33,941 nucleotides of DNA from Armatimonadota bacterium (GTDB taxonomy: Bacteria; Armatimonadota; Hebobacteria; CAIYQO01). The translations under genes were made by a program, and so were the position numbers. Positions 1-8,220 of this stretch are shown piece after piece. The notes beneath the pieces were generated by a model. It worked only from the letters and a program-made list of their open reading frames with translations, was not told the DNA's origin and made no database searches. Numbering within the stretch: the first letter of the stretch is position 1; every line of letters begins with the position of its first letter. Where the stretch lies: NCBI GenBank assembly GCA_038248345.1, contig JBBRXO010000017.1:1-33941 (forward strand), read 5' to 3'.

Positions 1-31
1 GGTAATACACCTATATCCTGAATAAATATTT

Positions 32-53
32 TAGCCTCGGGCAACGCCCGGGG
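32..53. repeat. REP-like hairpin (CCTCGGGC-AAC-GCCCGGGG)
   Basis: TAG followed by an 8-bp stem (one G-T pair) around AAC; resembles the GCCCnGGGCAACGCCCnGGG type of extragenic palindrome. Confidence 0.5.
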
Positions 54-109
54 TAGCGTTCCGCTATGCTAGTATTCCCCTTTCCCCGCAAAACCCGTAA
101 AATAAAGCC

Positions 110-901
110 ATGAATAACACGACCTCCCCTCGTATTGGCGCGGTGGTGCTGGCCGGTGGGCCGGTGCCGAAGTCGCTGGCCGACCGGTGCGCCCACCGCG
201 CGCTGCTGCCGCTGGGTGGGCGGTTTATTATCGAGTATATCCTCGATGCGCTGGCGGGGACGCCGGAGATATGCGCCACGGTGGCGGTGGTACCGGCGGC
301 GGCGCACGAAGCATTGGGGAAATACGCACCACTGCTGGTGGATGCCGGAGACTCCCTGATGATTAACATGGCGCGCGGGGCGGAGGCGCTGGTAGGCGCG
401 GGGGTGACGCACCTGCTCTTCGTCACCGCCGACATCCCGCTCATCACCCCGGCGGCGTTGAGCAGCTACCTGCAAGAGAGCCTGGCCACCGGGGCGGACT
501 TCACCTACCCCATCATCCCACGTGCCGACTGCGAGGCGCGCTTCCCCGGGGCCAGGCGTACCTATGTCAAAATCCGTGACGGGGTCTTCACTGGCGGCAA
601 CGCGGTCTTCGCCGGGGCAAACTTTTTCGAGGACAAGCAGCAGTTGATCGAGGATGTCTACAATGCCCGCAAAGCCCCGCTGAAGCTCGCCGGGATACTC
701 GGCTGGGGCACGCTGGCCCGTTTCCTCGCCGGCACCGCCGACCTGGCTAGCCTGGAGGCAGTAGCCTCGCGCATCCTCGCCGCCCCCGCCCGCGCCATCA
801 TCAGCCACTATGCTGAATTGGGGTTCGATGTGGATAAACCGGAGGACTTAGAGGTGGTGGGTTCAACGCTCAATGTTCAACGTTCAACGAGTTTGCCATA
901 G
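110..901 (+). CDS. MobA-like NTP transferase (nucleotidyltransferase family) protein
   Basis: 263 aa; N-terminal AVVLAGG, LLFVTADIP and C-terminal FDVDKPEDL motifs of the NTP_transf_3 fold; very GC-rich codon usage. Confidence 0.8.
   Translation: MNNTTSPRIGAVVLAGGPVPKSLADRCAHRALLPLGGRFIIEYILDALAGTPEICATVAVVPAAAHEALGKYAPLLVDAGDSLMINMARGAEALVGAGVTHLLFVTADIPLITPAALSSYLQESLATGADFTYPIIPRADCEARFPGARRTYVKIRDGVFTGGNAVFAGANFFEDKQQLIEDVYNARKAPLKLAGILGWGTLARFLAGTADLASLEAVASRILAAPARAIISHYAELGFDVDKPEDLEVVGSTLNVQRSTSLP
861..888 (+). repeat. Heptamer tandem repeat (GTTCAAC)x4, degenerate, in the 3' end of the CDS
   Basis: gttcaac-gctcaat-gttcaac-gttcaac read directly. Confidence 0.75.
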
Positions 902-912
902 AAATTATTTAT

Positions 913-1140
913 GCTGGGATTGAAATCCCGGCTGCAGGGCACTTCCACCTTCGCCATCCTGGCTACGGCGGACAGAAACGCGCCGGTCGTCCGCCTTCGC
1001 GGACTTGTCTGGCCCTTCGACTGTAGCCCGCGCCCGCCGTGGCGCGTATTTGCTAACACCAAACGCGCCACGGCGGGCGCGGGCTACGGTTACACGTTAG
1101 TGAATTTGCCGCTGTTAGCCACCTCCTTCAGAGGGTGGTT
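913..1140. repeat. Mosaic cluster of REP/REPIN-like palindromes between convergent genes
   Basis: ctgggattgaaatcccggctgc (915-936); ccttcgcc...ggctacggcggac (about 948-973); gtccgc-cttc-gcggac (about 989-1004); perfect 25-bp inverted repeat starting GTAG at 1023-1047/1063-1087; tagccacctccttcagagggtggtt (1116-1140). Confidence 0.8.
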
Positions 1141-1153
1141 ATGGGGAACAAAT

Positions 1154-2422
1154 CTACTCTGGTTTAATATCTATCTGCGCGCCAATTCCGCGTAGCTTCT
1201 CTTTCATCGCCTCATAACCTCGCAGCACGTAATGTAGGCCTGCCACTTTACTCTCGCCGCGCGCGGCCAGGGCGGCCACTACCAGGGCGGCACCGGCGCG
1301 CATGTCGGCACCTTCTACTGCTCGGCCTTCTAACTCGGTGACGCCCTCAATAGTTGCCTGGCGACTGTCCTCCAACTTCACCTTGGCGCCCATGCGGCGC
1401 AACTCATGTACGTAAGTGAGACGTCCGTCGTAGATGCCTTCAATTATTGAGCTTCCCCCTGCTGCGAGGCACATAAGTACAACGATAAGCGGCTGCAAAT
1501 CAGTAGGGAAACCAGGGTACGGTTCGGTGAAAACGGTAACACCGCGGAGCTGTTTCTCGTAGCGCACGGTGACGGCATTCTCCTCGCGGAGCACGGTTGC
1601 GCCCATCTCCTCCATCTTCTGCAATAATGATTCCAAGTAGGCTGGCTTTATGGGCGAGACACGCACCTCACCGCGGGTAGCTAGGCCTGCCGCCAGATAA
1701 GTGCCCGCCTCAATTCGATCGCAGACAATCTCATGCGAACAGCCGTGTAGACGTTTACTACCCGTGATCTCCAGGCGATTAGTTCCCACGCCGTCTATAC
1801 TAACACCTGATGCCTGTAAAAAGGCGCAAAAATTCTCTACTTCGGGGTCAGCAGAGGCGTTCTCGATGATCGTCTTCCCGTCTGCCAGCGAAGCGGCCAT
1901 CGCCACATTGAAGGTAGCGCCGGGGCTGCGGAATTGCGGGTTGAGCGTCACTGTCGCCCCCTTCAAGCCGAACTCAGTGGAGACCACCACTACGTCCGTC
2001 TTCTCCTCGGAATGCACTCCCAGCTTCTCCAGTGCCTCTACCACGTAGTCTACCGGCCGGCTACCGATAGCACACCCACCGGGCAGTGGCACTTCCGCCT
2101 GCCCGAGTCGCGCCAACAATGGGCCAATTATGTAGAACGACGCCCGCATGGCAGCAGAAAGGTCACGATCGGGACGAATGGAAGTTAGCTCACGTGCATC
2201 TACAGTGACAGTGTTTCCGGTAATAGTCACCTTCGCTCCGAGTAACTCCATCAAGCGACACATCTTTTCAATGTCCGATATCTGCGGCACATTCGTCAAG
2301 GTCACCACATCCTGCACCAGCAGCGTCGCTGCCAAGATCGGCAACGCCCCATTTTTACACCCGCTCAACGTCACCTCGCCGAACAACGGTGTACCACCAA
2401 CTATATGAAAAATATCTGACAA
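1154..2422 (-). CDS. murA: UDP-N-acetylglucosamine 1-carboxyvinyltransferase
   Basis: SGCKNGALPI, MRASFY, LPGGCAIGSRP (active-site Cys), DRIEAGT, PYPGFPTDLQ motifs; likely TTG start at 2422 behind GAGGAGG (ORF track starts at 2449). Confidence 0.96.
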   Translation of the reverse strand: MSDIFHIVGGTPLFGEVTLSGCKNGALPILAATLLVQDVVTLTNVPQISDIEKMCRLMELLGAKVTITGNTVTVDARELTSIRPDRDLSAAMRASFYIIGPLLARLGQAEVPLPGGCAIGSRPVDYVVEALEKLGVHSEEKTDVVVVSTEFGLKGATVTLNPQFRSPGATFNVAMAASLADGKTIIENASADPEVENFCAFLQASGVSIDGVGTNRLEITGSKRLHGCSHEIVCDRIEAGTYLAAGLATRGEVRVSPIKPAYLESLLQKMEEMGATVLREENAVTVRYEKQLRGVTVFTEPYPGFPTDLQPLIVVLMCLAAGGSSIIEGIYDGRLTYVHELRRMGAKVKLEDSRQATIEGVTELEGRAVEGADMRAGAALVVAALAARGESKVAGLHYVLRGYEAMKEKLRGIGAQIDIKPE

Positions 2423-2442
2423 AGGAGTCCTCCTCAGGAATA

Positions 2443-2463
2443 GTTCCAAGTTTCAAGTTCCAC
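2443..2463 (+). repeat. Heptamer tandem repeat x3 (gttccaa-gtttcaa-gttccac)
   Basis: Read directly; similar unit to 861-888. Confidence 0.5.
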
Positions 2464-2493
2464 GGCTGGGCTAATAGATCGCGCCCCCGTTCT

Positions 2494-2516
2494 CATGGGC
2501 GAGACGCCCATGCTAC
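2494..2516 (-). repeat. GTAG-type REP (GTAG-CATGGGCG-TCT-CGCCCATG)
   Basis: GTAG tetranucleotide foot plus perfect 8-bp hairpin, 2 nt after the mlaE stop codon. Confidence 0.8.
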
Positions 2517-2518
2517 GG

Positions 2519-3310
2519 CTATTTCCACAGATTATAAATCATCCACGACATCAGAAAGTTGGTTGCGTACATAAGTACTATGCTCCATACTACGGCGATG
2601 GTGGTTGCTTTGCCGACCCCGGTGGCGCCACCCTCGGCTTTCAGTCCGGCAGTGCAACTGACAATGGTGATGATTATCCCGAAAATTACTGTCTTTAGCA
2701 AGCCGCCAAAGACGTCTTTCATTTGCAGAAATGTCTCGGCAGATTTAAAAAATGTCTGTGTAGAAATGCCGCCATCGGTCACTGATATCATCAAGCCGCC
2801 GATATTGCCGAATAAATTAGCGAATACGGTAAGAAGCGGAAGCATGATGATGCAAGCCAGAAGGCGCGGGGTGACTAGATAACGCACCGGGTTTACCGCC
2901 AACGCGCGCAGGGCATCCACCTGGTTGGTGATTTTCATCGAACCTAGCTCGGCGGCAAAGGAAGAACCGATACGCGCCGCCACCACTACGCCGGTAAGGG
3001 TAGGCGCCAACTCACGCGCCATAGCAATTGTCACCGCCGAACCGATGAAAGACGAGCCACCATAGAGCACCAGCAAGTGTGCGATATGTAACCCAAAAAC
3101 AAGGCCACCGAAAAAGAGCGTGACCACAACAATCGGCAATGAATCAAAACCCACTATCGCCATCTGCGAGAGGATACGATACCACGTCCGTTTGCGAATG
3201 CCAGGTATCCCCATCATGGCGTCGGCAAACATCATCAGCCCGGCTCCCAGTGAGTTCAGCCCGCTGATGCCCCCTCGTCCAATATTCTCAATCGGTTTCA
3301 GCAATTCCAT
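2519..3310 (-). CDS. mlaE: MlaE-family ABC transporter permease
   Basis: RELAPTLTGVVVAARIGSSFAAELGSMKITNQVDALRALAVNPVRYLVTPR and GGATGVGKATT motifs; hydrophobic, 263 aa. Confidence 0.93.
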   Translation of the reverse strand: MELLKPIENIGRGGISGLNSLGAGLMMFADAMMGIPGIRKRTWYRILSQMAIVGFDSLPIVVVTLFFGGLVFGLHIAHLLVLYGGSSFIGSAVTIAMARELAPTLTGVVVAARIGSSFAAELGSMKITNQVDALRALAVNPVRYLVTPRLLACIIMLPLLTVFANLFGNIGGLMISVTDGGISTQTFFKSAETFLQMKDVFGGLLKTVIFGIIITIVSCTAGLKAEGGATGVGKATTIAVVWSIVLMYATNFLMSWMIYNLWK

Positions 3311-3410
3311 AAGTTATTAATTTCTGCACCTGCAAGTAAAAGCCTGCCGGATTATACAAAATGACAATGATCCTTTACTACCGGAGTTATTTCTCGAAAC
3401 CCCATTATTC

Positions 3411-3546
3411 TGCTGGGGTCTAAAGTCCCGGCTGCTTAGCGCTACGCGCCGGTCGTCCGCCTACGCGGACTCATTCCGATCGAAGGTAGTCCGCGTAGGC
3501 GGACGATTTGCATTTTTATGCCAAACTCCCGGGATTTCAATATCAG
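3411..3546. repeat. REPIN-like doublet element, second copy of the family at 913-1005
   Basis: Perfect 19-bp inverted repeat tcgtccgcctacgcggact (3453-3471/3488-3506), each arm itself a hairpin; flanked by ctggggtctaaagtcccggctg and cccgggatttcaatatcag; shares cccggctgc...acgcgccggtcgtccgcctWcgcggact with the first cluster. Confidence 0.8.
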
Positions 3547-3590
3547 TGAGAAAGAAGTTTTGCAATCACCTCAAAATCTTCACAAATAAC

Positions 3591-3619
3591 TTGACAGCTA
3601 CCAGCATTTCGCACAGACT
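3591..3619 (+). promoter_or_regulatory. Candidate sigma70 promoter for the small ORF at 3650
   Basis: Perfect TTGACA (3591-3596), 17 bp, CAGACT (imperfect -10). Confidence 0.45.
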
Positions 3620-3649
3620 ATTGATAATTAACAACCGGAGAGCATATCT

Positions 3650-3829
3650 ATGAAATTGGCTAAAACTTCAACTACACGAGCTGCGATTATAGCAGGCGTT
3701 GCTGGCAGCGCTGTCGCGGTGGTAACTTATCTGGTTATCCACAAGCCAGAATGGCGTCGCCCCGTCCTCGGATTTGCCCGCAATATTCTGGCCGGGTTGG
3801 AAGGCTTGACGCGATGGCATGATCGCTAG
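3650..3829 (+). CDS. Small single-pass membrane protein, 59 aa (not in the ORF track)
   Basis: MKLAKTSTTRAAIIAGVAGSAVAVVTYLVIHKPEWRRPVLGFARNILAGLEGLTRWHDR*; GGAG upstream, one hydrophobic helix, fills the gap and stops 4 nt from the PBP stop. Confidence 0.7.
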   Translation: MKLAKTSTTRAAIIAGVAGSAVAVVTYLVIHKPEWRRPVLGFARNILAGLEGLTRWHDR

Positions 3830-3833
3830 GCCG

Positions 3834-6074
3834 CTAATCCCTATGTAACGGGCAACTTTCACGCGGCTCACTTCCCGGTGAAAAGTGACGTGCGACAGGA
3901 TGCGGACAGGCTCCCGTAGCTATCTTGCCGCTCTCCGAACATACCACAACCGTCAGCATCCGCGTTGTTTTGATAACGGGCGGTTTATCATTTTCTTTCG
4001 GCTTCACCGCCGGGGCAGTTGGTGTACCCTCCGGCTCATTAGATTTTGTACCTGTTTTGTCGGCGTTATCCCCGGATTTATTTGCCGGTTTACTCGTCGC
4101 ATTATCATTACTTGAAGAGTGTGTCGCTTTCGTCTTCACTGGTTTGTAGCTATCGAAATCACTCTTCATCTGTGCATGCTCATCCACCATGATTGGCTGG
4201 GCGATCTTCATATATTCACGCCAGATCGGGGCTGGCACGGTACCACCGAAGGTGCGGTTCATCGGAGAACTATCGCGGTTACCCACCCACACCACGGTAC
4301 ACAGGTCATCTGTGTAGCCGGAGAACCAGGCGTCTTTGTAGCTATTGGTAGTGCCCGTTTTACCTGATGCGGGGAAGGGGCAGCGTGCTGCAGTCCCGGT
4401 ACCATGATCAATAACCCCACGCATCATCGTCTGCATGGTATTGGCAATATCTTCCGGGATAGCTCGCTCCGGTTGCGGGGTATTCTCGTAAATGACCTCA
4501 CCAGTAGAAGTGGTGATGCGGATAATACCGGTGTATGGATTATGTACGCCGCCATTAGCCAGCGTGCCATACGCCGAGCAGAGATCAAGCGGTGATACTT
4601 CGGAGGCACCGAGTGCTGTCGATAGATAAGGTTGCAATGGGTGTTTGTCTTTGTTACCAATGCCCATTGTGTAAGCGGTTTCGATGATGTTTTTGATACC
4701 CACATCCGCTGCGATACTGGCAGCAGCAGCATTACGTGAATTCCACAACGCTTTTTTCAAAGGCATCGAGCCATTGTATGAGCCATCAGAATTTTTGGGG
4801 CTCCAGAACTTGCCCCCACCCGCCGGGTACTTGCGCAACTCATCCTTAACTGTCGTTTCCGGTGTGTAACAATTCATCAAAGCGGTTGTGTAGACAAAAG
4901 GCTTGAAGCATGAGCCCGGCTGACGGAATCCCTGTGACACTACATTGAATTTACTGACAGTGTAATTGATGCCGCCCACCATCGCCTTAATGTACCCGGT
5001 CTTCGGGTCGATGCTGACCAGTGCGCCTTCATCGATATTCCTACTCTTATTTGCCTTAATTTGCTGGGATACTTCATCCTCAGCCACCTTCTGCATGCGT
5101 GGATCCAATGTGGTGTAGATTATCATGCCAGCTTTCAACATACGGGCCGCATCTTCAGCGCCATAGCGTCGCTCCAGCTCCTGACGTTTAATGTAGTCGA
5201 CGAAATAGGGGGCAAAACAATCCGCTGTCTGACTGATGGTCTTTTCGGGGGCTAGCTTCACTGTCTCGGCTTTCGCTTGTTGATAGTCGGCATCGCTGAT
5301 AACGCCATTATCCCGCATAGTAGCCAACACTAGATTGCGGCGATTTACTGCTTTATCCAGATGGTTGTAAGGGTTATATTCTGTCGGGCTTTTAGGCATC
5401 CCGGCGAGGAGCGCAGCTTCTGCCAGAGTAATGTCTTTTGCATCCTTGTCGAAGTAATTACGTGCTGCCATCTGCGCCCCGTAGGACTGTAAGCCATAAT
5501 GATTGGAACCATAGCAGATCTGGTTCAGATAGGTTTCTAATATCTCATCTTTGGAGAAATGCCGTTCCAGCTCCAACGCCAGCACTATTTCCTGCAATTT
5601 ACGCGTAATGTTCTTCTTCGGGGAAAGATAAAGGCCGCGCGCTACCTGCTGTGTTATTGTAGATGCGCCTTCGCGGGCCCCACCTGCGCTTACATTCTTC
5701 ACCAGTGCGCGCGCAATGCCGCGCAAATCAATCCCTGGATGACTGTAATACCGCTCATCTTCGATAGCCAGCGTAGCGAGCATGATATTCTGCCCCATAC
5801 GGTTCAACGGCACAATCTCACGGTTCTCCGATTGATCATGAACCTTTGCCAGCAAAGTACCATCGATCGCCAATATACGCGTTGGTACCGGTAAAACAAT
5901 GCTGGAAAGCTCATCACCTTTGGGCAGCACTTTCGATACTGACGCAAAAATACCGGCGATGAAACCGACAATCAGCATGGCCCCCAAAATGACAGAAATG
6001 GTAAAGAAACGTGCTACTCCATACCACCATCGGCGGGCAGAACTTATCTTCGGCGAAATTGACTTCTTGTTCAT
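3834..6074 (-). CDS. Class A penicillin-binding protein (PBP1A family transglycosylase/transpeptidase)
   Basis: N-terminal TM; GT51 motifs EDERYYSHPG, GASTITQQ, RKLQE; TP motifs SCFK, SRN, KTGT; Cys/His C-terminal tail; start at MNKK (6074) preferred over 6122. Confidence 0.95.
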   Translation of the reverse strand: MNKKSISPKISSARRWWYGVARFFTISVILGAMLIVGFIAGIFASVSKVLPKGDELSSIVLPVPTRILAIDGTLLAKVHDQSENREIVPLNRMGQNIMLATLAIEDERYYSHPGIDLRGIARALVKNVSAGGAREGASTITQQVARGLYLSPKKNITRKLQEIVLALELERHFSKDEILETYLNQICYGSNHYGLQSYGAQMAARNYFDKDAKDITLAEAALLAGMPKSPTEYNPYNHLDKAVNRRNLVLATMRDNGVISDADYQQAKAETVKLAPEKTISQTADCFAPYFVDYIKRQELERRYGAEDAARMLKAGMIIYTTLDPRMQKVAEDEVSQQIKANKSRNIDEGALVSIDPKTGYIKAMVGGINYTVSKFNVVSQGFRQPGSCFKPFVYTTALMNCYTPETTVKDELRKYPAGGGKFWSPKNSDGSYNGSMPLKKALWNSRNAAAASIAADVGIKNIIETAYTMGIGNKDKHPLQPYLSTALGASEVSPLDLCSAYGTLANGGVHNPYTGIIRITTSTGEVIYENTPQPERAIPEDIANTMQTMMRGVIDHGTGTAARCPFPASGKTGTTNSYKDAWFSGYTDDLCTVVWVGNRDSSPMNRTFGGTVPAPIWREYMKIAQPIMVDEHAQMKSDFDSYKPVKTKATHSSSNDNATSKPANKSGDNADKTGTKSNEPEGTPTAPAVKPKENDKPPVIKTTRMLTVVVCSESGKIATGACPHPVARHFSPGSEPRESCPLHRD

Positions 6075-6164
6075 TAAATCTATTATCCAGTACCGGAGGC
6101 AAAAACCGGCACAACTACCCAATCTTTATAATACCCTATTTTGCCATTTTTAGCACCCCCCGAC

Positions 6165-6193
6165 TTGACGAAGCTCCCCCGCCTGGCTATACT
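6165..6193 (+). promoter_or_regulatory. sigma70 promoter of tRNA-Gln
   Basis: TTGACG-17 bp-TATACT, 12 nt upstream of the tRNA. Confidence 0.8.
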
Positions 6194-6205
6194 AAGAACC
6201 AACGA

Positions 6206-6281
6206 TGCCGGATGGCGCAATTGGCAGCGCACCTGATTCTGGATCAGGGGGTTCTAGGTTCGAATCCTAGTCCGGCAACCA
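6206..6281 (+). tRNA. tRNA-Gln (anticodon CUG)
   Basis: 76-nt cloverleaf: acceptor TGCCGGA/TCCGGCA, D stem GCGC/GCGC, anticodon stem CCTGA/TCAGG with loop TTCTGGA, T arm CTAGG-TTCGAAT-CCTAG, encoded CCA. Confidence 0.97.
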
Positions 6282-6471
6282 CTTTTTAGGCGTGAAAATC
6301 GCTAGATTCCTCTTATTTGGCACCCATTTGCTACCCGCGCTCTAATTCTCTATGTGTTTTCTGGCTCAATTCAAACTCAAAGTGGTGTGTTATGATGTCT
6401 TTTTACACTGGAAATCAATTCGGTTATGCAGTCGATACCGCGTAAATTGCTAGTCTCATAGCTCTATTATC

Positions 6472-6480
6472 TGGTACAAT
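6472..6480 (+). promoter_or_regulatory. Extended -10 promoter of dnaX
   Basis: TG-G-TACAAT 17 nt upstream of the ATG. Confidence 0.5.
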
Positions 6481-6497
6481 AGCAACAGAGGCTCTAC

Positions 6498-8147
6498 ATG
6501 GCTTATCAATCCCTATATCGCAAATATCGTTCCCGTGGTTTTAATGACCTGGTGGGGCAGAATCATATCACGCAAACGCTGGCCAATGCTATTACCAGCG
6601 GGCGCGTGACACATGCTTTTCTCTTCTGTGGGCCGCGTGGCACCGGGAAGACGAGTACCGCGCGCGTACTGGCGAAGGCGCTCAACTGCGTCCATGGCCC
6701 TACAGCGGAGCCATGCGATGTTTGCCCGCTATGTGTCTCCATCCGCAACGGCAACGCAATGGACTTCATCGAGATAGACGCCGCCTCTAACCGTAATATC
6801 GACGATATCCGCCAACTGCGCGAGCAGGTTAATTACCAGCCGGTGGAATTACGCTACAAGTTCTACATCATCGACGAGGTTCACCAGCTCACCAAGGATT
6901 CCTTCAATGCCTTCCTGAAGACATTGGAGGAGCCGCCCGCCCACGTAGTCTTCGTCCTCTGTACAACAGATCCGCACCAGCTTCCCGCGACTATCCTCTC
7001 CCGTTGCCAGCGCTTCGATTTCCATCGCATCACCGCGCCGGATATCGTCGAGCGCATGCGCTGGATCGTCGGGCAGGAAGGCTGGACAATCGAAGAAGAG
7101 GCACTGGCATTGCTGGCACGCACGGCAAACGGCGGGATGCGCGACGCGCTGAGCATGCTCGATCAGGCGGCCTCCTATGCAGGCGACCATATAACCGCAA
7201 AACATGTACGCGAGATCCTCGGTGGCATCGACCTGGCACTGCTACTGGAATACTCAGATTATATGTTAAAACAGGATGCTCGCGGGCTTTTCGGTCTAAT
7301 CGACCGCATCATGTCTGAAGGCAAAGACGTGCCGCAGTTGGTGGGCGAGCTGGTGCTACACTGGCGCAATCTACTACGCGTACACATCGGCGGAGCAGAC
7401 GCCCTGATGGAACTCTCACCCGAGCAGCGCGCCAGCATGGGGCACCAGGCGAAACTGGCCAGCCAGGCGAAGATCATGCGCGCTATCACGTTATGGTGCG
7501 AAGCAGAAAACGAACTCCGCTGGAACAGCCAGCAGCGCTTGTCGCTGGAACTCTACAGCCTGCGCATAATGAATGAGGAAGCTCCGGTGGCGATCGCCGC
7601 CGCCATTGCGCCACCGGTAGCGGCAACAAGGCCAGTCGCTGCCGCGCCACGCGCAGCAGCTCCAGTAGCAGCTGCCGCCCCGGCACCACCGCCGGTGGAT
7701 GCCGAGGCAGGCGCACTAACGCTGGCACGCATGAAGAAACGGTGGCCGGAATTCCTAGAATGGATGAAACGCTCCGCGCAACTGGACAACCTACGCATGC
7801 GTATCGCCGAAAAATGCTGGCCCGCCAACTTGGTTGGGCACAACGTCACTTTGGCTACTGCCAGCGGTTTTGTCTCTTCCCAGGTGCAGGATAAACCGAA
7901 AGTTAAAGAAGCTCTAGAACAGTGTCTAAGCACCTTCTTTAACACCCCGCTAACAGCGCAGATGGCAGTACAACAGCAGGTAGCGGAAGCAGCCGCGCCA
8001 GAGCCAGCGACAGAAGCAGCCCCCCTGCCACAGATGCCACCCCCGTCTATGCCTGCCACCGAAGTAGCGCCAGCCGATGCCGGGCGTGATATCATCGGCG
8101 AACGGATAAAACAGGTATTCACCGGGAGTGAAGAGATAACCGATTAG
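6498..8147 (+). CDS. dnaX: DNA polymerase III subunit gamma/tau
   Basis: YRKYR, Walker A GPRGTGKT, Zn-site cysteines, EIDAASN, IIDEVH, LKTLEEPP, SRCQRF; Ala/Pro-rich linker. Confidence 0.97.
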   Translation: MAYQSLYRKYRSRGFNDLVGQNHITQTLANAITSGRVTHAFLFCGPRGTGKTSTARVLAKALNCVHGPTAEPCDVCPLCVSIRNGNAMDFIEIDAASNRNIDDIRQLREQVNYQPVELRYKFYIIDEVHQLTKDSFNAFLKTLEEPPAHVVFVLCTTDPHQLPATILSRCQRFDFHRITAPDIVERMRWIVGQEGWTIEEEALALLARTANGGMRDALSMLDQAASYAGDHITAKHVREILGGIDLALLLEYSDYMLKQDARGLFGLIDRIMSEGKDVPQLVGELVLHWRNLLRVHIGGADALMELSPEQRASMGHQAKLASQAKIMRAITLWCEAENELRWNSQQRLSLELYSLRIMNEEAPVAIAAAIAPPVAATRPVAAAPRAAAPVAAAAPAPPPVDAEAGALTLARMKKRWPEFLEWMKRSAQLDNLRMRIAEKCWPANLVGHNVTLATASGFVSSQVQDKPKVKEALEQCLSTFFNTPLTAQMAVQQQVAEAAAPEPATEAAPLPQMPPPSMPATEVAPADAGRDIIGERIKQVFTGSEEITD

Positions 8148-8220
8148 GTTTTCCCGTAAAAATCTTCACCTGCCTACAACTACATTATCAACACTAAAGC
8201 ATCACCATCAGGAGAAAACT

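Noticed and set aside
11..808. 265-aa minus-strand ORF
   Set aside because: Antisense shadow of the GC-rich NTP transferase; no motifs
829..837. Perfect DnaA box (TGTGGATAA), with a second at 3735-3743 (TTATCCACA)
   Set aside because: Only two, 2.9 kb apart, both inside coding sequence, with no dnaA or AT-rich unwinding element; not enough for oriC
913..1140. Possible CRISPR array or structured ncRNA
   Set aside because: No regular repeat-spacer period and no cas genes; the structure is explained by REP-like palindromes
911..1195. 94-aa plus-strand ORF in the spacer
   Set aside because: Made of palindromic repeats and overlaps the murA 3' end; no RBS or protein-like features
3384..3571. 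Possible MITE terminal inverted repeats around the REPIN-like element
   Set aside because: Left and right ends match too weakly and no target-site duplication is evident
6282..6497. SRP RNA (often upstream of dnaX)
   Set aside because: No TCAGG...GGAA...GCAGC helix-8 motif found
7560..8147. Programmed -1 frameshift or slippage producing DnaX gamma
   Set aside because: No AAAAAAG heptamer or long A run seen in the linker region
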